In this document: positions 31,690-44,300 of the stretch, one piece after another | How the letters are laid out: each line of letters begins with the position of its first letter | Numbering within the stretch: position 1 is the stretch's first letter | From: Acanthaster planci | Lineage: Eukaryota | Length of the DNA stretch: 62,000 nucleotides | Reading direction: 5' to 3' | NCBI RefSeq assembly: GCF_001949145.1 | Contig: NW_019091403.1 | Location: forward strand, 1,612,001 to 1,674,000 | Made by a program: the position numbers and the translations under genes | Notes under the pieces: generated by a model | Told to the model about the DNA's origin: nothing | Databases searched by the model: none | What the model saw: only the letters and a program-made list of their open reading frames with translations

Positions 31690-32750
31690 TAATATTTTTG
31701 CGTAATTCTGACTTTGCGGTTTACCGGGTCGTGTACTCGCACAGAAAGTGCTTTATACATGTATAGTCGAGCATGAAAGACCTAAAATTATCTAAATCTT
31801 GCAATCTTGGTGTCATCTGAAAGGGCACTTGCTTCTCTATTTATTCCTATAAGTTTCATATCCATATTTGGAATAGTAAGGGAAATATCTGCAAAAGGAA
31901 GTGCGGGTTCTTGTACGACTGCTTTGTATTTTAGCTTACATCTGACTTTGCGGTATACCGGGTCCTCTACTCGAACGGAGAATGCATATTTTAGTATAAA
32001 AGGTCTAAAAATTATCTTAATGTTGCCGTTTTGGTGTCATCTGAAAGGGCATATATTCCTCTATCTGTTCATGTACGTTTCATATCCATATTTGCAGTAG
32101 TTAGGGAAATATCTGCAAAATCTCGTGCGGATTCTTGTCTGACTGCTTAATATTTTTGCGTAATTCTGACTTTGCGCTACACCGGGCCCTGTACTCACAC
32201 AGAGAATACTTATTCGAGCATAAAAGACCTAAAAATTATGTCAGTCTTGCAATCTTGGTGTCATCTGAGAGGGCATATGTTTTGCTTTCTATTCATGTAT
32301 GTTTCATATGCATATTTGCAGTAGTTGGGAAAATATCTGCAAAAGAAAGTACGAGTTCTTCTCTGACTGCTTTATATTTTTGCGTAATTCTGACTTTGCG
32401 CTACACTGGGTCCTGAACTCGCACAGAGAATGCTTATTCCAGCATGAAAGACCTAAATATTAACTAAATCTTGCAATCTTTCGGTAATCTGAAAGGGCTC
32501 ATGTTTCTCTATCTATTTATATAAGTTTCATATCCATATTTGCAGTTGTTAGAGAAATACCTGAAAAAGGAAGAACGGGTTCTTGTCTGACTGCTTTACA
32601 TTTGTGCGTAATTCTGACTAAGCGCTATACCGGGTCCTGTATTCACACAGAGAATGCTTATTCAAGTATAAAATATCTAAAAAATTATCTAAATCGTGCA
32701 ATCTTTCAGTCATCTGAAAGGGCACATATTCCTCTATCTATTCATATAAG

Positions 32751-32809
32751 TTTCATATCCATTTCATATCCATTTCATATCCATTTCATATCCATTTCAT
32801 ATCCATTTC
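32751..32809. repeat. (TTTCATATCCA)x5 micro-expansion inside one satellite monomer
   Basis: Five direct 11-bp copies plus TTTC. Confidence 0.9.
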
Positions 32810-35389
32810 TTGTCTGATTGCTTTATGATTTGCGTAACTCTGACATGGCGGTATACCGGGTACTGTACTCGCACAGAGAATGCTTATTCCAGCATAAGAG
32901 ACCTAAAATTACTTTCATCTTGCAATCGTTCAGTCATCTGAAAGGGCACATGTTCCGCTATCTATTCATATAATTTTCATATCCATATTTGCAGTAGTTA
33001 GGGAAATGTCTGCAAAAGGAAGTAGAGGTTCTTGTCTGACTGCTTTATATTTTGCGTAACTTTGACTTAGCCTAATACCTTTTCCTGTACTTGCACAGAG
33101 AATGCTTATTCCAGCATAAAAGACCCAAAAATTATCTGAATCTTGCAATCCTGGTGTCATCTGAACGGTTACATGTTCCTCTATCTATTCATGTAAGTTT
33201 GATGTCCATATTTGCAGTAGTTAAGGAAATATCTGGAAAAGGATGAGCGGGTTCTCGTCTGACTGCTTTACATTTATGCGCAATTCTTACTTAGCGCTAT
33301 ACGGGGTCATGTATTCGCACAGAAAATGCTTATTGAAGTATATAAGATCTACAAATTATCTAAATCTTTCAACCTTGGTGTCATTGGAAAGGGCACATAT
33401 TCCTCTATCTATTCATGTACGTTTAATATCCATATGTGCTGTAGTTAGGGAAATATCTGGAAAAGGAATAGTGGATTTTCCTGTGACTGCTTATATTTTG
33501 CGTAACTCTGACGTGGCGATTTACCGGGTACACTTCTCGCACAGAGAATGGTTATTCCAGTATAAAAGATCTAAAAAATTATCGACATCTTGCAATCTTG
33601 GTGTCATCTGAAAGGGCACATGTTCCTCTATCTATTCATGTAAGTTTCATATCCATATTTACTGTAGTTTGGGAAATATCTGGAAAAAATGAGCGGAGTC
33701 TTGGCTGACTGCTTTATTTTTAGGAAACTCTTCCATGGTGGTATACCGGGTCCTTTTCTCGCAGAGAGAATGCTTATTCAAGTATAAAAGATCTCAAAAT
33801 TATCTAAATCTTGCAATCTTGGTGTCATCTTAAAGGAAACATGTTCCTCTATCTATATATGTAAGTTTCATATCCATATTTGCTCTAGTTAGGGAAATAT
33901 CTGGAAAAAGATGAGTGGGTTCTTGTCTGACTGCTTATTTTTTGCGTAACTATGACGTGGCAATTTACTAGGTACAGTACTCGCAAAGGGAATGCTTATT
34001 CAAGTATAAAAGATCTAAACATTATCTAAAACTTGCAATCTTGGTGTCATCTTAAAGGGAGCATGTTCCTCTATCTATTTATATACGTTTCATGTCCATA
34101 TTTGCTGTGGTTAGGGAAATATCCGATAAAGGATGAACGGGTTCTCGTCTGACTGCTGTACTTTTTGCGTAACTCTGACATGGTGGTATACTAGGTCCTT
34201 TACTTCCACAGAGAATGCTTATTCAAGTATAAAAGATCGGAAAAATATCTAAATTTTTCAATCTTGGTGTCATCTGAAAGGGCACATGTTCCTGTATCTA
34301 TTCATGTAAGCTTCATATCCATATGTGCTGTAGTTAGGGAAATATCTGGAAAAGGAATAGCGGATTCTTGTATGACTGCATGTATTTTGCGTAACTATGT
34401 CGTGGCAATTTACCAGGTACACAACTCGCAAAGAGAATACGTATTCAAGTATAAAAGATCTTAAAATCATTTAAATCTTGCAATCTTGGTGTCATCGGGA
34501 AGGGCACATGTTTTTGTATCTATATATGTAAATTTCATATCCATATTTACTGTAGTTAGGGAAATATCTGGAAAAAGATGAGTCTGTTCTTGTCTGACTG
34601 CTTTATTTTTTGCGTAAATTTGACGTGGTGGTATACCGGGTCCTTTACTCGGACAGGGAATGCTTATTCAAGTATAAAAGATCGGAAAAATATCTAAATT
34701 TTTCAATCTTGGTGTCATCTGAAAGGGCACATGTTCCTGTATCTATTTATGTAAGTTTCATATCCATATTTGCTGTAGTTAGGGAAATATCTGGAAAAGG
34801 ATGAGCGGGTTCTTGGCTGAGTGCTTTATTTTTTGCGTAACTCTGACATAGTGGTATACCGGGTCCTTTATTTGCAGAGGGAATGCTTATTCAAGTATAA
34901 AAGATCTCAAAATTATCCACATCTTGCAATCTTGGTGTCATCTGAAAGGGCACATGTTCCTCTATCTATTCATGTGAGTTTTATATCCATATATGCTCTA
35001 GTTAGGGAAATATCTGGAAAAGGATAAGCGGGTTCTTGGCTGACTGCTTTATTTTCTGCGTAACTCTGACATGGTGGTATACTGGGTCCTTTCCGGGCAC
35101 AGAGAATGCTTATTCAAGTATAAAAGATCTCAAAATTATCCAAATCTTGGAATCTTGGTGTCTTCTGTAAGGGCACATGTTCCTCTATCTATTCATGTAA
35201 GTTTCATATCCATATTCGCTGTAGTTAGGGAAATATCTGGAAAAGAAATAGCGGATTCTGGTAAGACTGCTTGTATTTTGTGTAACTATGACGTGGCGAT
35301 TTACCAGGTACACAACTCGCAAAGAGAATGCGTATTCAAGTATAAAAGATCTCAAAATCATCTAAATCTTGCAATCTTGGTGTCATCTG

Positions 35390-38300
35390 NNNNNNNNNNN
35401 NNNNNNNNNNNNNNNNNNNNNNNNNNNNNNNNNNNNNNNNNNNNNNNNNNNNNNNNNNNNNNNNNNNNNNNNNNNNNNNNNNNNNNNNNNNNNNNNNNNN
35501 NNNNNNNNNNNNNNNNNNNNNNNNNNNNNNNNNNNNNNNNNNNNNNNNNNNNNNNNNNNNNNNNNNNNNNNNNNNNNNNNNNNNTTAATTGCACAGAGAA
35601 TGTTTATTCAAGTATGAAAGATCTCAAAAATTATCCAAATCTTGCAATCTTGGTGTCATCTGAAAGGGCTCATGTTCTTCTATCCATTCATGTAAGCTTT
35701 ATATCCATATGTGCTGTAGTTAGGAAAATATCTGGAAAAGAAATAGCGGATTCTGGTATGACTGCTTGTATTTTGCATAACTATGACGTGGCGATTTACC
35801 AGGTACACAACTGGCACAGAGAATGCTTATTCAAGTACAAAAGATCTCAAAATTATCCAAATCTTGCAATCTTGGTGTCATCTGAAAGGGCACATGTTCT
35901 TCTATCTATTCATGTAAGTTTCATATCCATATTCGCTGTAGTTAGGGAAATATTTTGAAAAGGAATAGTGGGTTCTTGTCTGACTGCTTTATTGTTTGCG
36001 TAAATCTGACATGGTGGTATACCGGGTACTTTAATTGCACAGAGAATGTTTATTCAAGTATGAAAGATCTCACAATTATCTAAATCTTGCAATCTTGGTG
36101 TCATTGGAAAGGGCACATGTTCCTCTATCTATTCATGTAAGCTTCATATCCATATTTGCTGTAGTTAGGGAAATATCTGGAAAAGGAATAGCGGATTCTT
36201 GTCTGACTGCATGGTTTTTTCGTAACTATGACGTGGCTATTTACCAGGTACACAACTCGCAAAGAGAATGCGTATTCAAGTATAAAAGATCTCCAAATTA
36301 TCTAAATCTTGCAATCTTGGTGTCATCGGGAAGGGCACATGTTTCTCTATCTATATATGTAAATGTCATATCCATATTTACTGTAGTTAGGGAAATATCT
36401 GGAAAAAGATGAGTCTGTTCTTGTCTGACTGCTTTATTTTTTGCGTAAATCTGACATGGTGGTATACCGGGTCCTTTACTCGGACAGGGAATGCTTATTC
36501 AAGTATAAAAGATCTCAAAATTATCCAAATCTTGCAATCTTGGTGTCATCTGAAAGGGCACATGTTCCTCTATCTATTCATGTAAGTTTCATATTCATAT
36601 TTACTGTAGTTATGGAAATATCTGGAAAAGGATGAGCGGGTTCTTGGCTGACTGCTTTATTTTTTGCGTAACTCTGACATTGTGGTATACTGGGTCCTTT
36701 AATTGCACAGTGAATGCTTATTCAAGTATAAAAGATTTCACAATTATCCAAATCTTGCAATCTTGGTGTCATCTGAAAGGGCACATGTTCCTCTATCTAT
36801 TCATGTAAGCTTTATATCCATATTCGCTGTAGTAAGGGAAATATCTGGAAAAGGATGAGCGGATTCTTGTCTGACTGCTTGTATTTTGCGTAACTATGAC
36901 GTGGCGATTTACCAGGTACACAACTCGCACAGGGAATGCTTATTCAAATATTAAAGATCTCAAAATTATCCAAATCTTGCAATCTTGGTGTCATCTGAAA
37001 GGGCACATTCCTCTATCTATTCATGTAAGTTTCATATCCATATTTGCTCTAGTTAGGGCAATATGTTGAAAAGGATGACCGGGTTCTTGGCTGACTGCTT
37101 ATATTTTGCGTAACTCTGACATGGTGGTATACCGGGTCCTTTCCTTGCACAGAGGATGCTTATTCAAGTATGAAAGATCTCAAAATTATCGAAATCTTGC
37201 CATTTTGGTGTCATTGGAAAGGGCATATGTTCCTCTATCTATTCATATAAGTTTCTTATCCATATTTGCTGTAGTTAGGGAAATATCTGGAAAAGGAATG
37301 GCGGATTTTTGTCTGACTGCTTTATTTTTTGCGTAAATCTGACATGGTGGTATACCGTGGCCTTTACTCGCACAGGGAATGCTTATTCAAGTATAAAAGA
37401 TCTCAAAATTATCCAAATCTTGCAATCTTGGTGTGATCTGAGAGGGCACATGTTCCTCTATCTATTCATGTGAGTTTTATATCCATATTTGCTCTAGTTA
37501 GGGAAATATCTGGAAAAGGATGAGCGGGTTCTGGGCTGACTGCTTTATTTTCCGCATAACTCTGACATGGTGGTATACTGGGTCCTTTCCGGGCACAGAG
37601 AATGCTTATTCAAGTATAAAAGATCTCAAAATTATCCAAATCTTGGAATCTTGGTGTCTTCTGAAAGGGCACATGTTCCTCTATCTATTCATGTAAGTTT
37701 CATATCCATATTCGCTGTAGTTAGGGAAATATCTGGAAAAGCAATAGCGGATTCTTGTATGACTGGTCGTATTTTGTGTAACTATGACGTGGCGATTTAC
37801 CAGGTACACAACTCGCAAAGAGAATGCGTATTCAAGTATAAAAGATCTCAAAATCTTCTAAATCTTGCAATCTTGGTGTCATCTGNTTTCCTTGCACAGA
37901 GAATGCTTTTTCAAGTATGAAAGATCTCAAAATTATCGAAATCTTGCAATCTTGGTGTCATTGGAAAGGGCACATGTTCTTCTATCTATTCATGTAAGTT
38001 TCATATCCATATTTGCTGTAGTTAGGGAAATATCTGGAAAAGTAATAGCGGATTCTTGTATGACTGCTTGTATTTTGCGTAACTATGACGTGGCGATTTA
38101 CCAGGTACACAACTCGCAAAGAGAATACGTGTTCAAGTATAAAAGATCTCAAAATCATCTAAATCTTGCAATCTTGGTGTCATCGGGAAGAGCACATGTT
38201 TCTCTATCTATATATGTAAATTTCATATCCATATTTACTGTAGTTAGGGAAATATCTGGAAAAAGATGAGTCTGTTCTTGTCTGACTGCTTTATTTTTTG

Positions 38301-41300
38301 CGTAACTCTGACATGGTGGTATACCGGGTCCTTTACTTGCACAGAGAATGTTTATTCAAGTATGAAAGATCTCAAAATTATCCAAATCTTGCAATCTTGG
38401 TGTCATCTGAAAGGGCACGTGTTCCTCTATCTATTCATGTAAGTTTCATATTCATATTTACTGTAGTTNNNNNNNNNNNNNNNNNNNNNNNNNNNNNNNN
38501 NNNNNNNNNNNNNNNNNNNNNNNNNNNNNNNNNNNNNNNNNNNNNNNNNNNNNNNNNNNNNNNNNNNNNNNNNNNNNNNNNNNNNNNNNNNNNNNNNNNN
38601 NNNNNNNNNNNNNNNNNNNNNNNNNNNNNNNNNNNNNNNNNNNNNNNNNNNNNNNNNNNNNNNNNNNNNNNNNNNNNNNNNNNNNNNNNNNNNNNNNNNN
38701 NNNNNNNNNNNNNNNNNNNNNNNNNNNNNNNNNNNNNNNNNNNNNNNNNNNNNNNNNNNNNNNNNNNNNNNNNNNNNNNNNNNNNNNNNNNNNNNNNNNN
38801 NNNNNNNNNNNNNNNNNNNNNNNNNNNNNNNNNNNNNNNNNNNNNNNNNNNNNNNNNNNNNNNNNNNNNNNNNNNNNNNNNNNNNNNNNNNNNNNNNNNN
38901 NNNNNNNNNNNNNNNNNNNNNNNNNNNNNNNNNNNNNNNNNNNNNNNNNNNNNNNNNNNNNNNNNNNNNNNNNNNNNNNNNNNNNNNNNNNNNNNNNNNN
39001 NNNNNNNNNNNNNNNNNNNNNNNNNNNNNNNNNNNNNNNNNNNNNNNNNNNNNNNNNNNNNNNNNNNNNNNNNNNNNNNNNNNNNNNNNNNNNNNNNNNN
39101 NNNNNNNNNNNCTGACTGCTTTATTTTTTGCGTAACTCTGACATTGTGGTATACCGTGGCCTTTACTCGCACAGGGAATGCTTATTCAAGTATAAAAGAT
39201 CTCAAAATTATCCAAATCTTGCAATCTTGATGTCATCTGAAAGGGCACATGTTCCTCTATCTATTCATGTAAGCTTCATATCCATATTTTCTGTAGTTAG
39301 GGAAATATCTGGAAAAGGATAGCGGATTCTTGTCTGACTGCTTGTATTTTGCGTAACTATGACGTGGCGATTTACCAGGTACACAACTCGCAAAGAGAAT
39401 GCGTATTCAAGTATAAAAGATCTCCAAATCATCTAAATCTTGCAATCTTGGTGTCATCGGAAAGGGCACATGTTCCTCTATCTATTCATGTAAGTTTCAT
39501 ATCCATATTTGCTGTAGTTAGGGAAATATCTGGAAAAGGAATATCAGATTTTTGTCTGACTGCTTTATTTTTTGCGTAAATCTGACATGGTGGTATACCT
39601 TGGCCTTTACTCGCACAGGGAATGCTTATTCAAGTATAAAAGATCTCAAAATTATCCAAATCTTGCAATGTTGGTGTCATCTGAGAGGGCACTTGTTTTT
39701 CTATCTATTCATGTAAGTTCCATATCCATATGTGCTGTAGTTAGGGAAATATCTGGAAAAGGAATAGCGGATTCTTGTCTGACTGCTTTATTGTTTGCGT
39801 AACTCTGACATGGTGGTATTCCGGGTCCTTTACTCGCACAGGGAATGCTTATTCAAGTATGAAAGATCTCAAAATTTATCGAAATCTTACAATCTTGGTG
39901 TCATCAGAAAGGGCGCAAGTTCCTCTATCTATTCATGTAAGCTTCACATCCATATTTACTGTAGTTAGGGAAATATGTGGAAAAGGGTAAGCGGGTTTTT
40001 GTCTGACTGCTTTATTTTTTTGCATAAATCTGACATAGTAGTATACTGGGTCCGTTACTCGCACAAGGAATGGCTATTCAGGTATAAAAGATCTCAAGAT
40101 TATTTAAATCTTGCAATCGTGTTGTCATCGGAAAGGGCACATGTTCCTCTCTCTATTCATGTTGGTGTCATATCTATATTTGCTGTAGTTAGGGAAATAT
40201 CTGGAAAAGGATGAGCTTGTTCTTGGCTGACTGCTTTATTTTTTGGGTAAATCTGACATGGTGGTATACCGGGTCCTTTCCGGGCACAGAGAATGCTTAC
40301 TGAAGTATGAAAGATCTAAAAATTATCTAAATCTTGCAATCTTGGTGTCATCTGAAAGGGCAGATGTTCCTCTATCTATTCATGTAAGCTTCACATCCAT
40401 ATTTACTGTAGTTAGGGAAATACCTTGAAAAGGATGAGCGGATTCTTGTCTGACTGCTTATATTTTGCGTAACTATGACGTTGCGATTTACCAGGTACAC
40501 AACTCGCAAAGATAATGCGTATTCAAGTATAAAAGATGTCAAAATCATCTAAATCTTGCAATCTTGGTGTCATCTGAAAGGGCACATGTTCCTCTATCTA
40601 TTCATGTAAGTTTCATATTCATATTTACTGTAGTTAGGGAAATATCTGGAAAAGGATGAGCGGGTTCTTGGCTTACTGCTTTATTTTTTGCGTAACTCTG
40701 ACATGGTGGTATACTGGGTCCTTTACTTGCACAGAGAATGCTTATTCAAGTATAAAAGATTTCAAAATTATCCAAATCTTGCAATCTTGGTGTCATCTGA
40801 AAGGGCACATGTTCCTCTATCTATTCATGTAAGGTTTATATCCATATTCGCTGTAGTTAGGGAAATATCTGGAAAAGCAATAGCGGATTCTTGTATGACT
40901 GCTTGTATTTTGCGTAACTATGACGTGGCGATTTACCAGGTACACAACTCGCAAAGAGAATACGTATTCAAGTATAAAAGATCTCAAAATCATCTAAATT
41001 TTGCAATCTTGGTGTCATCTGAAAGGGCACATTCCTCTGTTTATTCATGTAAGTTTCATATCAATATTTGCTCTAGTTAGGTAAATATCTGGAAAAGGAT
41101 GAGCCTGTTCTTGGCTGACTGCTTTATTTTCTGCGTAACTCTGACATGGTGGTATACTGGGTCCTTTCTGGGGAACAGAGAATGCTTATTCAAGTATAAA
41201 AGATCTCAAAATTATCCAAATCTTGCAATCTTGTAAGAGTTAGGGAAATATCTGGAAAAGGAATAGCGGATTCTTGTATGACTGCCTATATTTTGCGTAA

Positions 41301-44300
41301 CTTTGACGTGGCTACCTACCAGTTACACAACTCACAAAGAGAATGCGTATTCAAGTGTAAAAGATCTCAAAATCATCTTAATCTTGCAATCTTGGTGTCA
41401 TCTGAAAGGGCACATGTTCCTCTATCTATTGACGTAAGTTTCATATCCATATTTACTGTAGTTAGGGAAATATCTGGCAAAGGAATAGTGGATTCTTGTC
41501 CGACTTCTTTATTTTTGGCGTAAATCTGACATGGTGGTATACCGGGTCCTTTACTTGCACAGGGAATGCTTATTCAAGTATAACAGATCTCAAAATTATC
41601 CACATCTTGCAATCTTGGTGGCATCTGAAAAGGCACATGTTCCTCTATCTATTCATGTAAGTTTCATATCCATATGTGCTGTAGTTAGGGAAATATCTGG
41701 AAAAGGAATAGCGGGTTCTTGTCTGACTGCTTTATTGTTTGCGTAAATCTGACATGGTGGTATACTGGGTCCCTTTACTCGCACATGGAATGCTTATTCA
41801 AGTATAAAAGATCTTTAAATTATCCAAATCTTGCAATCTTGGTGACATCTGAGAGGGCACATGTTCCTCTATCTATTCATGTAAGCTTTATATCCATATG
41901 TGTTGTAGTTAGGGAAATATCCGGAAAAGGAATGGTGGATTCTTTTCTGACTGCTTATATTTTGCGTAATTATGACGTTGCGATTTACCAGGTACACAAC
42001 TCGCAAAAAGAATGCATATTCAAGTATGAAAGATCGCAAAATTATCGAAATCTTGCAATTTTGGTCTAATCGGAAAGGGCACATGTTCCTCTATCTATTC
42101 ATGTAAGTTTGATATCGATATTTGCTCTAGTTGGGGAAATATCTGGAAAAGGATGAGCTTGTTCTTGGCTGACTGCTTTATTTTTTGCGTAACTCTTACA
42201 TGGTGGTATACCGGGTCCTTTCCGGGCACAGAGAATGCTTATTCAAGTATGAAAGATCTAAAAATTATCTAAATCTTGCAATCTTGGTGTCATCTGAAAG
42301 GGCACATGTTCCTGTATCTATTCATGTAAGTTTCATATCCATATTTGCTGTAGTTAGGGAAGTATCTGGAAAAGGAATAGCGGATTCCTGTCTGACTGCT
42401 TTATTTTATTGCGTAAATCTGACATGGTGGTATTCCAGGACCTTTCCTTGCACAGAGAATGCTTATTCAAGTATGAAAGATCTCAAAATTATCTAAATTT
42501 TGCAATCTTGGTGTCATCTGAAAGGGCACAAGTTGCTCTATCTATTCATGTAAGCTTCACATCCATAATTACTGTAGTTAGGGAAATATCTGGAAAAGGA
42601 TGAGCGGGTTCTTGGCTGACTGCTTTATTGTTTGCGTAACTCTGACATGGTAGTATACCGGCTCCTTTCCTTCCAAAGAAAATGCTTACTGAAGTATGAA
42701 AGATCTCAAAATTATCTAAATCTTGCAATCTTGGTGTCATCTGAAAGGGCACATGTTCCTCTGTCTATTCATGTAAGCTTCATATCCATATTTGCTGTAG
42801 TTAGGGAAATATCTGGAAAAGGATGAGCGGGTTCTTGTCTGACTGCTTTATTGTTTGCGTAAATCGGACATGGTGGTATACCGGGTCCTTTACTCGCACA
42901 GGGAATGCTTATTCAAGTATAAAAGATCTCAAAATTATCGAAATCTTGCAATCTTGGTGTCATCGGAAAGGGCACATGTTGCTCTATCTATTCATGTAAG
43001 TTTCATATCCATANNNNNNNNNNNNNNNNNNNNNNNNNNNNNNNNNNNNNNNNNNNNNNNNNNNNNNNNNNNNNNNNNNNNNNNNNNNNNNNNNNNNNNN
43101 NNNNNNNNNNNNNNNNNNNNNNNNNNNNNNNNNNNNNNNNNNNNNNNNNNNNNNNNNNNNNNNNNNNNNNNNNNNNNNNNNNNNNNNNNNNNNNNNNNNN
43201 NNNNNNNNNNNNNNNNNNNNNNNNNNNNNNNNNNNNNNNNNNNNNNNNNNNNNNNNNNNNNNNNNNNNNNNNNNNNNNNNNNNNNNNNNNNNNNNNNNNN
43301 NNNNNNNNNNNNNNNNNNNNNNNNNNNNNNNNNNNNNNNNNNNNNNNNNNNNNNNNNNNNNNNNNNNNNNNNNNNNNNNNNNNNNNNNNNNNNNNNNNNN
43401 NNNNNNNNNNNNNNNNNNNNNNNNNNNNNNNNNNNNNNNNNNNNNNNNNNNNNNNNNNNNNNNNNNNNNNNNNNNNNNNNNNNNNNNNNNNNNNNNNNNN
43501 NNNNNNNNNNNNNNNNNNNNNNNNNNNNNNNNNNNNNNNNNNNNNNNNNNNNNNNNNNNNNNNNNNNNNNNNNNNNNNNNNNNNNNNNNNNNNNNNNNNN
43601 NNNNNNNNNNNNNNNNNNNNNNNNNNNNNNNNNNNNNNNNNNNNNNNNNNNNNNNNNNNNNNNNNNNNNNNNNNNNNNNNNNNNNNNNNNNNNNNNNNNN
43701 NNNNNNNNNNNNNNNNNNNNNNNNNNNNNNNNNNNNNNNNNNNNNNNNNNNNNNNNNNNNNNNNNNNNNNNNNNNNNNNNNNNNNNNNNNNNNNNNNNNN
43801 NNNNNNNNNNNNNNNNNNNNNNNNNNNNNNNNNNNNNNNNNNNNNNNNNNNNNNNNNNNNNNNNNNNNNNNNNNNNNNNNNNNNNNNNNNNNNNNNNNNN
43901 NNNNNNNNNNNNNNNNNNNNNNNNNNNNNNNNNNNNNNNNNNNNNNNNNNNNNNNNNNNNNNNNNNNNNNNNNNNNNNNNNNNNNNNNNNNNNNNNNNNN
44001 NNNNNNNNNNNNNNNNNNNNNNNNNNNNNNNNNNNNNNNNNNNNNNNNNNNNNNNNNNNNNNNNNNNNNNNNNNNNNNNNNNNNNNNNNNNNNNNNNNNN
44101 NNNNNNNNNNNNNNNNNNNNNNNNNNNNNNNNNNNNNNNNNNNNNNNNNNNNNNNNNNNNNNNNNNNNNNNNNNNNNNNNNNNNNNNNNNNNNNNNNNNN
44201 NNNNNNNNNNNNNNNNNNNNNNNNNNNNNNNNNNNNNNNNNNNNNNNNNNNNNNNNNNNNNNNNNNNNNNNNNNNNNNNNNNNNNNNNNNNNNNNNNNNN

